Both the position numbers and the translations under genes were made by a program. A model generated the notes under the pieces. The model was not told the DNA's origin, did not search any database, and saw only the letters and a program-made list of their open reading frames with translations. Positions 12,464 through 25,487 of a stretch of 64,000 nucleotides of DNA are shown here, piece after piece (positions within the stretch are counted from its first letter, which is position 1; each line of letters begins with the position of its first letter). Origin of the DNA: Haliotis cracherodii (Eukaryota); assembly GCF_022045235.1 (NCBI RefSeq), contig NW_027266272.1:6758001-6822000 (forward strand). Direction: 5' to 3'.

Positions 12464-14157
12464 TCCACAAAATGATGGTCTGACAACTGGTAGTCTAGAT
12501 CACGTAATTTGTGTACCCGTCTGACAATATAACATTTGTTACATTTGACCATGTTCTAAATGGCATCTATACATAACTTGATATGGCCTCTGATCATTTT
12601 AACATATTTTGACTTCCCTAATCATCTTAAGATTTCTACAACGATTTAAACAATCCCAAAGTGTATGTTTAATATTCCTTTTTACACATATTTTACTGTT
12701 TTACACAATCCTTATATGGGATATTTTATAATACCTTATATCTAAACGTCATATGTCTTGTCAAACATTTGTTCAAGCTTCTCTAAGGCATTTAAAGAAA
12801 AGCAAACGTGCTGAAATCGAGCAAAATTCCACATTGCCTTTGACCCCGTGCAGACAGCATGCTAATTGCACGCACGTTGTCAATGACTTGTCAATTTCTT
12901 GTCATTGGCTGTCAATCAGTTGCGGCAGCGGCCGCGAACACGGGCCATTTGGAAGATATTAGTGAGTTAATGGACGGGGATGACGGTAAAGTCTGAATAT
13001 CTGCGTTTATCTTTAAATGGGTGTAGGGGCTGTTTTGATTATCGCTATATAAAAGGCGAATCATAAACTATTTGGGCCTATTGTATGAAACTTCAAAGCC
13101 GATTTCAAAAACCGAGTAGAACATAGAAGAATTCTTGGTTCATAATTCGTTTTAAATCAAATTGTTATGAAAATGTAGGAATTTCATAAACAGATGACAT
13201 TTACACGATTTAAAGGAAACGCATAATCCGGTCCGACCACCCACGTGTGGTGTCCGAAAACACGATAGTGTGTTAAAGCGTGGATTTCTACGATACGGAA
13301 AAAAAATATATAGACGAGATTGTCGTTTTCCTTGTTCTTTCAAGAAAACAATCTTTCTCTCGGAATATAATCGGGATGAAAGCGCCAGCAGTAATACCCA
13401 TATTGTTTGCGTTCGTTTAATTCCGAACACCTTGCCGTTTCGCCGTTTATATTTACCAACCCATGTGACTTGAATAAACGAAAATATGGAACGGCGAGCG
13501 AGAAAAATAAAAACATATGACGCTTTGGTCTATATGTTGAGCGAGATTGTATTTACATTTCCAATGGACCCCACGTGAAATAAAATCGTAAAATTGAAAG
13601 ATTGAACCAAATGTCGGATACAGTTATTTCTCAGAGTCAACCTGGGCGGGATTGAATTAAAATGAGTTTGGCTCCGAACACCATATTATATAGAACGTGA
13701 TTGCCAACACTGTGTGGAGCCAGGAAGCATGAATGGCGTCGTTAACCCTCCATGTGTTTATCACTGTTGGCTAAAAAATATATTCTGCTAATACTTACGG
13801 TTCATTTTTCTTCATTCTCTACACGTTTCTCGTGATTTTGCGATAACATTTTGAACTTGTATGTCTGTCGTAGGTGCGTTTTGTACACATTTAAGTTATA
13901 TATATGGACAGAAATTTGCGTAAAAAGCTCATTTCCAGGAATGAGAACAGCATGTTTGTTTAGAGAAGCACATTTGTGGGTTAGTTCTGCGCTGAACGTG
14001 TGTATGGTTGTGTAAAATGAATAACATCTTATAAAGTGAAAAGTCTTGAAACAATGTTTACATGAGGCAATAGCAATGGCGGGATGAACTTGCACTTGAT
14101 AATGGCAGAGTGGGTGGCACGGAGAATCATATTTTGCTATTTGGTATCACTGCCCGC

Positions 14158-17072
14158 AGTGTCTGATATAAGGTTATGTGTCTTGTAGTAGCTGACACAA
14201 GGGTTACTAGGTTAGAAGTTTCTGATACCGTGGCTACAAGGCTAGAAGTGTCCAATACAGGTTCTACGAGGCTAGACGTGTCTGATACAGTGGCTACAAG
14301 GTTAGACGTGTCTGATACAGATACTACGAGGCTAGACGTGTCTGATACAGTGGCTACAAGGTTAGACGTGTCTGATACATGTACTACGAGGTTAGACGTG
14401 TCTGATACAGTGGTTACAAGGCTAGAAGTGTCTGATACAGATACTACGAGGTTAGACGTGTCTGATACAGTGGCTACTAGGCTAGGAGTGTCTGATACAG
14501 GTACCACGAGGCTTAGACGTGTCTGATACAGTGGCTACTAGGCTAGGAGTGTCTGATACAGTGGCTACTAGGCTAGACGGGTCTGATACAGTGGCTACAA
14601 GGCTAGACGTGTCTGATACAGGTACCACGAGGCTTAGACGTGTCTGATGCAGTGGCTACAAGGCTAGGAGTGTCTGATACAGTGGCTACAAGGCTAGACG
14701 TGTCTGATACAGTGGCTACAAGGCTAGACGTGTCTGATACAGTGGCTACAAGGCTAGACGTGTCTGATACAGTGGCGACAAGGCCAGGAGTGTCTGATAC
14801 AGTGGCTACTAGGCTAGACGGGTCTGATACAGTGGCTACAAGGCTAGGAGTGCCTGATACAGTGGCTACTAGGCTAGGAGTGTCTGATACAGTGGCTACA
14901 AGGCTAGGAGTGTCTGATACAGTGGCTACAAGGCTAGGAGTGTCTGATACAGTGGCTACAAGGCTAGGAGTGTCTGATACAGTGGCTACAAGGCTAGACG
15001 TGTCTGATACAGTGGCTACAAGGCTAGACGTGTCTGATACAGTGGCTACTAGGCTAGGAGTGTCTGATGCAGTGGCTACTAGGCTAGGAGTGCCTGATAC
15101 AGTGGCTACAAGGCTAGACGTGTCTGATATAGTGGCTACTAGGCTAGGAGTGTCTGATACAGTGGCTACAAGGCTAAGCGTGTTTGAAGCAGGTGTTACA
15201 AGGCTATATGTGGCTAATACAGGGACTACAAGACTAGATGTGTCTGATACAGTGGCTACGAGGTTAGACGTGTCTGGTACAGTGGCTGCCAAGCTAGAAA
15301 TGTCTGATACAATGGCTACTAGGCTAGACGTGTCTGATACAGTGGCTACAAGATTAGACGTGTCTGATACAGTGGCTACTAGGCTAGACGTGTCTGATAC
15401 AGTGGCTACTAGGCTAGGAGTGTCTGATACAGTGGCTACAAGGCTAGACGTGTCTGATACAGTGGCTACAAGGCTAGACGTGTCTGATACAGTGGCTACT
15501 AGGCTAGGAATGTCTGATACAGTGGCTACAAGGTTAGACGTGTCTGATACAGTGGCTACTAGGCTAGACGTGTCTGATATAGTGGCTACTAGGCTAGGAA
15601 TGTCTGATACAGTGGCTACAAGGTTAGACGTGTCTGATACAGTGGCTACAAGGCTAGACGTGTCTGATACAGTGGCTACAAGGCCAGGAGTGTCTGATAC
15701 AGTGGCTACTAGGCTAGACGGGTCTGATACAGTGGCTACAAGGCTAGGAGTGCCTGATACAGTGGCTACTAGGCTAGGAGTGTCTGATACAGTGGCTACA
15801 AGGCTAGGAGTGTCTGATACAGTGGCTACAAGGCTAGGAGTGTCTGATACAGTGGCTACAAGGCTAGACGTGTCTGATACAGTGGCTACAAGGCTAGACG
15901 TGTCTGATACAGTGGCTACTAGGCTAGGAGTGTCTGATGCAGTGGCTACTAGGCTAGGAGTGCCTGATACAGTGGCTACAAGGCTAGACGTGTCTGATAC
16001 AGTGGCTACAAGGCTAGACGTGTCTGATACAGTGGCTACTAGGCTAGGAGTGCCTGATACAGTGGCTACTAGGCTAGGAGTGTCTGATACAGTGGCTACA
16101 AGGCTAGGAGTGTCTGATACAGTGGCTACAAGGCTAGGAGTGTCTGATACAGTGGCTACAAGGCTAGGCGTGTCTGATACAGTGGCTACAAGGCTAGACG
16201 TGTCTGATACAGTGGCTACTAGGCTAGGAGTGTCTGATGCAGTGGCTACTAGGCTAGGAGTGCCTGATACAGTGGCTACAAGGCTAGACGTGTCTGATAC
16301 AGTGGCTACAAGGCTAGACGTGTCTGATACAGTGGCTACTAGGCTAGGAGTGCCTGATACAGTGGCTACTAGGCTAGGAGTGCCTGATACAGTGGCTACT
16401 AGGCTAGACGGGTCTGATACAGTGGCTACTAGGCTAGGAGTGTCTGATACAGTGGCTACAAGGCTAAGCGTGTTTGAAGCAGGTGTTACAAGGCTATATG
16501 TGGCTGATACAGGGACTACAAGACTAGATGTGTCTGATACAGTGGCTACGAGGTTAGACGTGTCTGGTACAGTGGCTGCCAAGCTAGAAATGTCTGATAC
16601 AGTGGCTACTAGGCTAGACGTGTCTGATACAGTGGCTACAAGATTAGACGTGTCTGATACAGTGGCTACTAGGCTAGACGTGTCTGATACAGTGGCTACT
16701 AGGCTAGGAGTGTCTGATACAGTGGCTACAAGGCTAGACGTGTCTGATACAGTGGCTACAAGGCTAGACGTGTCTGATACAGTGGCTACTAGGCTAGGAG
16801 TGTCTGATACAGTGGCTACAAGGCTAGACGTGTCTGATACAGTGGCTACTAGGCTAGACGTGTCTGATATAGTGGCTACTAGGCTAGGAATGTCTGATAC
16901 AGTGGCTACAAGGTTAGACGTGTCTGATACAGTGGCTACTAGGCTAGACGTGTCAGATAAAGGGTCTTCAAGGCTAGGCGTGTTTGAAGCAGGTGTTACA
17001 AGCCTATATATGTCTGATACAGGGTTTACAAGACTAGATGTGTCTGATACAGGTACTACGAGACTCTGATAC
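14158..17072. repeat. 30-bp minisatellite (gtgtctgatacagtggctacaaggctagac)
   Basis: About 95 units; variant block repeated at 15171 and 16461 (offset 1290); open frames on both strands. Confidence 0.98.
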
Positions 17073-17781
17073 ATGTCCTGGGATAAATGTGCTACCAAAC
17101 TAGGGAGGGAGTTCGAACAGGTTTGGGGACAGGGATAAAGATAGAAGTCACAAGAAGACAAGAAAGCTGATTAGGTGTGTGTGTGGGGGGGGGGGGGGGG
17201 GTGTCGTGTTAGGGATAAAGAAGGGGAGCAGTGAAGATAGAGAGACATGTTGTGAAGGTGAGGGGTGACTGGGAGACTAATAACTCGGCGAGGGACAGCT
17301 AGCTTAAACTGGGGGAGGGAGTTACGTGTGGAGTAACAATGGTAGTCAGTAGGAGCTAAGGACGTGACGGGGAGATGGGCTGGTGAGTGAGAAGACGGGA
17401 ATTAAGGGGTGGTTTGGTGTGTGGGAGAACTTCTTTTACAATTATCATCAGTTCTCTTCCTTATTTTTTTACAAATGCAGAACAGTAAGACAAGCCCCAA
17501 GTTGGAGTCATTTATCTGAGTGTCTGAGGGTGCGCTTCGAGGGAAGGTGAGTTGAAGGCAAGATCCGCATGTTAGTAATACACAACTAACGCCGGGAAGG
17601 GACAGTTCCGTGACAGTTCCGTGACAGTTCCGTGACTCATCCAGGGAAGTGCTTGCATGCCCGATAACCTTGTGATAACCGTCATAACCTTGGGATGACC
17701 CCTGCAGTGGTGTTCCATATTGCTCAAATCAGTATATCTCAAAATACAATTTATGTTTGAGAGTTCAATAATAAAATATAA

Positions 17782-18244
17782 GTTGTAGCAGAATCACTCG
17801 GGGTACATGTTGTTTTATGTCTCCCGCGTTAGGTTTTATACTACGAGCCGGAGGCGAGTGATATAAAATCTAACGAGGGACGCGCGAGTGACACTGCTAC
17901 AACGAATTTATCTAACCGACATGTTTTAATCAGCCTTTGTAAAAGAATTAAATATAATTCAAACTTGATTTAAAAACACAGCTGTTCCATAGAGCTGAGG
18001 TTAACTTGTGCTATGTCACTTTCATTGACTCGAAAAAAGCGTAAGGCGTTTTGCTTCGAAGCGTTGTATAAGGTATATATTCTCCCTCTGACAATCCACG
18101 TGCAGCTTGTTTTCTTCGTGGTGGGGTAGAAGGGATTTCTTCTCCCGACGAAAAGTATTTCCCTCCAAGGCGGGATACATCGTATGTTATCACGATCACG
18201 TTAACCAATCAGATCTCTTCCTTCTGACATCGAGGTATGATAAA
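17782..18244. mobile_element. Non-autonomous DNA element: 120-bp palindrome plus tttatc...gataaa-bounded body
   Basis: gttgtagca...tgctacaac arms (17782-17903) with centre cgagccggaggcgag; body about 17906-18244 with subterminal ccaatcag. Confidence 0.55.
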
Positions 18245-18418
18245 AGCATTTAAGAAAATCGTCTTTCTCAGGAGCCATACAGAATACACAGGATGTACGC
18301 AAAAGATGAAAAGACACAACACCAAGTCATAAGAGTATGGTAACATTTATTTCTCCCTGTCACGAGGAACGGACGCAAGTCGAAAATGACGCGAATTAAA
18401 ATACGGTTTGAGCTGACC

Positions 18419-18740
18419 TTGTTTGTTTGTTTGTTTGTTTGTTTGTTTGTTTGTTTGATGTTTAACGCCTAGCTCAGTAATATTCCAGCTCCATGACAGC
18501 GGTCAGTAAATAACCTCGCCTGGACCAGACAACCCAGTGATTGACATCATGAGCAACTACGTAGGCGAGATACGATGACATATATCAACCAAGTCAGCGA
18601 GCCTGACCACCCGATCCCGTTAGTCGTCTCTTACGACAAGCATAGTCGGCTTTACGGCAATAGGTTGCTGAAGACCTATTCTACCCCGGATCTTCACGGA
18701 GGCGGACAGGCATGGGTTGCTGAATATTAATTCTAACCGA
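18419..18740 (-). mobile_element. SINE family A, near full length with (GTTT)n tail and partial head duplication
   Basis: gaagacctattctaccccggatcttcacgg head; ccaagtcagcgagcctgaccacccgatcccgttagtcg. Confidence 0.9.
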
Positions 18741-19489
18741 CTCTTCACTGGATGACACATATGTACACAACGGCATTTCTGAATATATTGGAAGGTGATC
18801 CCACCGTTTCAGCACTGATAAAAGACATCAAAACCACCCATTCTCCCATGATCCACCTGTGACATAGTGCTGACATCATCATTCGTAGAACCGCTCTGAC
18901 ATCTTTAACCCTGTCAGCAATAGTACGTTCATTTTTTGTCACGATATTTATGTTTCGCGATTTATTACGCACTATCATCCTCGAAAAGAGGAGAGGAACT
19001 ATTTACGACCCTGTGATATGCCAAGACTTTGAAATCAGCTCAGTAGGTATGAAATCATGTTTCCAGAGACGCAAGTCTGTTACGAAGTGTTTGAAGTTAA
19101 AGGCGCACACATATCGGTCCAGACACTCGTAAAGCCAGAAATAGTTAGTATCCATTGGCAGACAGGCATGTGAGTCACCATCATGGAAATATGGAGGCCG
19201 GAACAGGTTCTCTGATTGCTGTGCGCAGTGGTTATTGCGATTATCTGCAGACGGTAGATCAGTTTCTTAGAAATATTTATAATATCAGAGGGAAGATCTA
19301 AAATGGACAATAATAATGCTTTTAGTGCATAAGAAAAGTGCTGTTAAACTAATTCCACCAAGTACTGGGTTCTGGATTCAGGAACAGCAAAGGTCAGCAG
19401 TACAAATAGTATCTCGTGTTTGACGTAAGAACCGCCCACGTTGGGATTCTGGGAGAGAATACGTCCCCAGCATCCCATGCTAGCTGCAA

Positions 19490-19840
19490 GGTGAGGTGAG
19501 GTGAAATGGGGTTTAACGTCGCGTCCAAGATTATTGCACTTATATAGCGACGTGCATGTACGTGTGTGTGTGGCTGCTTGTACTAGACCGGAGTGATGCC
19601 GATTTATAGTGCTAGTTCACTGAGATACCATGCCGCAGTTTAACATGAATACCCCACTCAGACACATTATACTGACTCCGAGCCGACCAGTCCTTGTTTT
19701 AGCCCCTTAATGCCGAGCGCCAGACAGGGTAACAACAAGTACCATCTTTAAACGTCTTTTGGTATTACGCGATCGGGGATCGAACCCCGGACCTTCCGCT
19801 CTCCGGGCGGACGCTCTACCACTAGACCACGGAGGCGGTC
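19490..19840 (-). mobile_element. SINE family B, full length, young
   Basis: Near-identical in reverse complement to 21405-21759; A and B boxes; (CACCT)n tail. Confidence 0.93.
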
Positions 19841-21096
19841 CTCTATAGAATGAAAACATCGTGATTAGCAATAACCTGAATACCCCAAATTCGTCATAAC
19901 ACCGTGAAGGCTAAAAATGAACAAATGATTTGCAAAAACACCCCTCTCTATAGAAAATCAAAACGCCACAATGGCATAAACACCACAGGCAAACACCCAC
20001 TCGGTCCAGCACAACCAGACCGTTGAGAATTAATGAGAGCCAACGCAGCGACGCCGTAATGAGAATCAGGTTTCCTATGGGCCCTCAATACACTATAGGG
20101 AGATCATTCCATACCACTAGCTATTATTACACCACAGTGCGATTAGACATCAGTTTCAGCCATTACTAGTTTAAGGTATTCAATAATTGGCTATAGCTGA
20201 TGAAGCATGGCTTAAAAAGCCATTGACGGCATCTTTCATCTTGAAGTCTTTTAAGCCACATTAAATATGTTTGTTGTTATAAAGAGGGTCAAACATGAGA
20301 ACACTTTTCCATTATAACATATTTGAAGTATTACCAGAGAGATTCGCTCCAACTTTCTCTGAACGTGCACATACAAACACGTTATGCACTGGGTTAATAT
20401 CTAACGTCTTGAAACACGTCTTTTTTCAGCAGTGCGCTAAAGGCTTTACAACGACACTATTCACACGAAAACCTATTATCTTCAATTGAGTAGACGGACT
20501 TCAAACGGCTTCGACTAAGTTCCCTTTGCTTGAGGTACCAACATGTTCCATACTTTGTACCTGATGCAAGGTACCTCTAACATTGGTGTAACAACCTTTC
20601 AAACCATAATTAAATTTTCAGTTATCATCTGAAAGCTTTGACTTGACTAACTCGTGTCCGCCGGGGTTTGATGCACTTGCGGGGGGTAAGCGAGACAACC
20701 CAATTATTGTTGGATGATTCTTGTTAACAGGTGGCGTAAAACGTATGTTATTTTGAGTAAACAGCAAATCTAGCTAAATGTTCATCTGCAGACGCTTACT
20801 TGATTGATGATGAAGTGGTTGGAAGACAGCATGAATGATGTTTGGTGTGAAATTTGTGGGAGTCACTATATGTGATGTGTTGTGTGAATACGAGTGTGTT
20901 GTTTGAACATGTTTGTTGTATTACGTTATCTTTGAGGTATTATGTGAATTTTGGTGTATTGTTTGACTATGTGTTATGTATTGGGCGAATGTTAGCAGAT
21001 TGTTGGAATGTTGTATTATGTGAATGTTTGTGTTTTGTGTAAATATTTGTGATGTATGTTGTAAATGTTTGTGATGGACTTCGTGAATGTTGGTGT

Positions 21097-21225
21097 TTTG
21101 TTTGTTTGTTTGTTGTTTAATGTCGCACTCAGCAATCTTCTGGCAATATGGCGACAGCCTGTAAATATGCGAGTCTGGACCAGACAATCCAGTGATTGAT
21201 AACGTGAGCGACGATCCACGTCGTC
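21097..21225 (-). mobile_element. SINE family A, 3' part
   Basis: (tttg)n tail, cgcactcagcaat, gagtctggaccagacaatccagtgattga. Confidence 0.85.
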
Positions 21226-21404
21226 AGTGAGTGAGTGAGTGAGTTTGGTTTAACGCCGCTTTTAACAGTATTCCAGTCATATCGCGGCGTGTCAGCTTAA
21301 TGTGGGAGGAAAGCCCGAAGTGATGCAGGTCTCAGACGTTTACCACTTCGGTGAAACCCACGAGCACGGGTATGGTGCTGACAAACCTTGGGATTCGAAC
21401 CAAC
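21226..21404 (-). mobile_element. SINE family D, 5'-truncated
   Basis: (gagt)n tail; reverse-complement match to 53539-53805. Confidence 0.88.
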
Positions 21405-21759
21405 ACTCCTCCGTGGTCTAGTGGTAGAGCGTCCGCCCGGAGAGCGGAAGGTCCGGGGTTCGATCCCCGATCGCGTCATAAAAGACGTTAAAAGATGGTA
21501 CTTGTTGTGACCCTGTCTGGCGCTCGGCATTAAGGGGCTAAAACAAGGACTGGTCGGCTCGGAGTCAGTATAATGTGTCAGAGTGGGGTATCCATGTTAA
21601 ACTGCGGCGTGGTATCTCAGTGAGCAAGCACTATAAATCGGCATCACTCCGGACTAGTACAAGCAGCCACACAAACACACACACGTACATGCACGTCGCT
21701 ATATAAGTGCAATAATCTTGGACGCGACGTTAAACCCCATTTCACCTCACCTCACCTCA
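21405..21759 (+). mobile_element. SINE family B (tRNA head, Meta-like body, (CACCT)n tail), full length
   Basis: A box gtggtctagtgg, B box ggttcgatccc; body gtcata(cc)aaaagacgttaaaagatggtacttg..ggcgctcggcattaagg resembles the Meta domain of MetaSINEs (from memory). Confidence 0.92.
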
Positions 21760-21766
21760 TTCTATA

Positions 21767-21996
21767 GAGTGAGTGAGTGGGGTTTAACGCCGCTTTGAGC
21801 ACTATTTCCAGGTATATCATGACATGTCAGCTTAATGTAGGAGGAAAGCTGAAGTGATGCAGGTCTCAGACCACCCTGGTGAAACCCATGGGTATGGTGC
21901 TGCCAAACCCAGAAACATAAAATCGGGGCGAACCGGAATTGGAATCCATTATATGGTGTGCCCAAGGGACGCAACTCTGCACAACGAATTGCGGAG
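21767..21996 (-). mobile_element. SINE family D
   Basis: (gagt)n tail; cccaagggacgcaactctgcac is the rc of the D head spacer. Confidence 0.85.
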
Positions 21997-22132
21997 AGGC
22001 AATTGCAAATTCTTTGTGATTCTTCGCCTTTTTACTATGAATTTGATTAATGTACCCTAGGTTGCCCATACTCAAACCTCAACACCTTGTAGTGGTGGGC
22101 TGAGGCTATGTTTTCTGTTTACAATATAGGTG

Positions 22133-22265
22133 GTGAGGTGAAATGGGGTTTAACTTCGCGTTCGTGATTATTGCACTTTTATAGCGACGTGAACGTACGT
22201 GTGTGTGGCTGCTTGTACTAGTCCGGACTGATGCCGATTTATAGTGCTAGCTAACTGAGATACCA
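22133..22265 (-). mobile_element. SINE family B, 3' part
   Basis: gtgaggtgaaatggggtttaac..gctgcttgtactagtccgg..ctgagatacca. Confidence 0.85.
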
Positions 22266-22297
22266 GTTAGCCCCCACCCACCCACCCACCCCCTGAG

Positions 22298-22332
<35 letters not shown>

Positions 22333-22382
22333 CTTCAATACATATACATTATAGCATAATACTATATACTACTGCTACAAAC

Positions 22383-22554
22383 GTTTGTTTTGTTTAACGC
22401 CGCATTATGCAAAATTCCAGCTTTGTGACGGCGGTCTGTATATAAACGAGTCTGGACCAGACAATCCAGTAATTGACACCATGAACATTAATCCAAGCAA
22501 TTGGGATACGATGACGCATCAACCAAGTCAGCGATCCTGACCAACCGATCCCGT
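22383..22554 (-). mobile_element. SINE family A, 5'-truncated
   Basis: gagtctggaccagacaatccagt, caaccaagtcagcgatcctgacc. Confidence 0.85.
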
Positions 22555-22724
22555 GTATTCGTATGTATGTGACACCGCTTTTTGGGCGCCGCAGTTGATG
22601 AGCAAATGACTGGGTGTGTGGATGAGACATCCTAGCTATATCACGGCGACCTGTGAACAATCGAACCATTGGCCAGTCAAACCAGTAACTGAAACATACA
22701 AAACGACCCACGCCATCGGGGCAC

Positions 22725-23404
22725 CTGTCTATCTGTCTTTCTAGCTATCATATCATCCATCTGTGCGTCGGTCTATCTACCTATCAGTTCATCCATCTGT
22801 CTGTCGGTCTATCTGGCTATCAGTTCATCCATCTGTCTATCGGTCTGTCTACCTATCAGTTCATCCATCTGTGGGTCGGTCTATCAAGCTATCAGTTCAT
22901 CCATCTGTTTGTCGGGCTATCTAGCTATCAGTTCATCCATCTGTGTGTCAGTCTATCTAGCTATCAGTTCATCCATCTGTCTGTCGGTCTATCTACCTAT
23001 CAGTTCATCCATCTGTCTGTCGGTCTATCTACCTATCAGTTCATCCATCTGTGTGTCGGTATATCAAGCTATCAGTTCATCCATCTGTGTGTCAGTCTAT
23101 CTAGCTATCAGTTCATCCATCTGTTTGTCGGTCTATCAAGCTATCAGTTCATCCATCTGTTTGTCGGGCTATCTAGCTATCAGTTCATCCATCTGTGTGT
23201 CAGTCTATCTAGCTATCAGTTCATCCATCTGTCTGTCGGTCTATCTGGCTATCAGTTCATCCATCTGTCTATCGGTCTGTCTACCTATCAGTTCATCCAT
23301 CTGTGTGTCGGTCTATGAAGCTATCAGTTCATCCATCTGCCTGTCGGTCTATCGAGCTATCAGTTCATCCATCTATCTGTCGGTCTATCTACCTATCAGA
23401 TTAT
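22725..23404. repeat. 36-bp minisatellite built from TCTA/TCCA/TGTC tetramers
   Basis: ctagctatcagttcatccatctgtgtgtcagtctat, period 36. Confidence 0.95.
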
Positions 23405-23880
23405 CTATTTGTCTGCCTGTATAGTATCTATCAGGTCATCATCTGTCTGTTTAGTATCTATCAGTTCATCCATCTGTCGGTCAGTTCATTCATCCATCTG
23501 TCTGCCTGTATAGTATCTATCAGGTCATCATCTGTCTGTTTAGTATCTATCAGTTCATCAATCTGTCGGTCAGTTCATTCATCCATCTGTCTGCCTGTAT
23601 AGTATCTATCAGGTCATCATCTGTCTGTTTAGTATCTATCAGTTCATCCATCTGTCGGTCAGTTCATTCATCCATCTGTCTGCCTGTATAGTATCTATCA
23701 GGTCATCATCTGTCTGTTTAGTATCTATCAGTTCATCCATCTGTTTGGTCAGTTCATTCATCCATCTGTTTGCCTGTATAGTATCTATCAGGTCATCATC
23801 TGTCTGTTCGTATCTATCAGTTCATCCATCCTTCGGTCAGTTCATTCATCCATCTGTCTGCCAATCTGTCAATCTACCAA
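23405..23880. repeat. 89-bp tandem repeat (about 5 copies)
   Basis: tgcctgtatag motif recurs near 23413, 23502, 23591, 23680 and 23770. Confidence 0.95.
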
Positions 23881-24527
23881 TCAGTTCATCTATCTGTCTG
23901 ACTGTTCAGTATCTATCAGTTCATCCCTCTGTCTGTCACTCATTGTCCCTGACTACACGTATGACATACGTTTCTATAAGTATGCATACAACAGTTGCCC
24001 CAGCCGCAGCCTCGACACACTGTCGTTCCTATCCTCAGTCAAGACAAGATGACCTATCTGTTCTACATCTCTCTCCACTTTATTCATCTCCACCATTCAG
24101 TTCATCTATCTGTCTGACTGTTCAGTATCTATCAGTTCATCCCTCTGTCTGTCACTCATTGTATCTGACTACACGTATGACATACGTTTCTATAAGTATG
24201 CATACAACAGTTGCCCCAGCCGCAGCCTCGACACACTGTCGTTCCTATCCTCAGTCAAGACAAGATGACCTATCTGTTCTACATCTCTCTCCACTTTATT
24301 CATCTCCACCATTCAGTTCATCTATCTGTCTGACTGTTCAGTATCTATCAGTTCATCCCTCTGTCTGTCACTCATTGTCCCTGACTACACGTATGACATA
24401 CGTCTCTATAAGTATGCATACAACAGTTGCCCCAGCCCCAGCCTCGACACACTGTGGTTCCTATCCTCAGTCAAGACAAGATGACCTATCTGTTCTACAT
24501 CTCTCTCCACTTTATTCATCTCCACCC
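23881..24527. repeat. 216-bp tandem repeat (3 copies)
   Basis: tcagttcatctatctgtctg at 23881, 24097 and 24313. Confidence 0.95.
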
Positions 24528-25313
24528 TTTGTTTCGACACGATATTACAACTGGTCATATGCATGTACTTAAATCAACATCCATGAGGGTGTACCACGCT
24601 GCCGGCCTACCGTAATACGAGGTTTCGGCGATATCCTATCCCGCACTCTTTAACCGAAATCCGACAAGTGTGTTTGTTTTAACAAGTTCATCGCGTGACA
24701 GACTTTACAACATCACCATGGCATGTGTATGTTGAAGATAAAACGAAATTTAGACAAAAACCGAGAATTTGTTCACCTCGTACTTAGAAACACAGTGATT
24801 ATGCCCCGGAATATCTCGACAGATATATACAGATGAAACCAAGCAGGGGGGTGTCTCACCACAGTTCGGCAAAATATGCTACTCAACATTTAAACAGACC
24901 GCTTCCAGAACAAAACTCCTTGCCAGTTGTCAGACATATCTCTTTGAAGTAGCCGCTCCTTCCCTTTGATGTTTGCCGACTTCAAAGTCAAGTACGGTGG
25001 AGGGGGATAATGGAAACGAGTTTGCTGCGCCGATTTGGTGTCGGAATCTGGAATATACGACGGAATAAGGAACTTCAAAACAACGTAAAACAGATCAGTT
25101 ACGGGACTTTTTCTTGAAATTACTCAACAGGACGTCCCGACCAGATACACTCTGAGGTTCCGGGTTCAAGACGATGCAGTTTTTTATGGGGTTAGTGTGT
25201 ACTCTCCGAGTCATATTTTGCCTATACATCACCTATATTTTACCATTCGTTGATGACTACAGTTTGACAGACAGAACTTTTCATGCTGTTATCGGTTTCT
25301 GTACAAACGGTAT

Positions 25314-25487
25314 AGAGAAGGAGTGAGTGAGTGAGTATGGTTTAACGCCGCTTTTAGCAATATTCCAGCAATATCACGGCGGGAGAGACCAGAAATGGGT
25401 TTCACACATTGTACCCATATCAGGAATCGAAATCGAGTCTTCGGCGTGATGAGCGAACGCTTTAACCACCAGGCTACCCGACCGCCC
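25314..25487 (-). mobile_element. SINE family C, full length with TSD
   Basis: TSD acaaacggtat at 25303-25313 and 25488-25498; abuts a family E fragment. Confidence 0.92.

Noticed and set aside
19080-19310. F-box-like ILDLPSDII at the ORF start
   Set aside because: Only a few residues match; non-ATG start; the rest of the motif is absent
20197-20250. CTGATGA hammerhead core (also near 1865 and 3401)
   Set aside because: No correctly placed stem II followed by GAAA
22300-22332. Poly-G run (also about 17184-17201) as a G-quadruplex element
   Set aside because: Homopolymer length is unreliable in assemblies and there is no functional context
22909-24572. 171-aa and 275-aa ORFs
   Set aside because: Derived from the 36- and 216-bp tandem repeats
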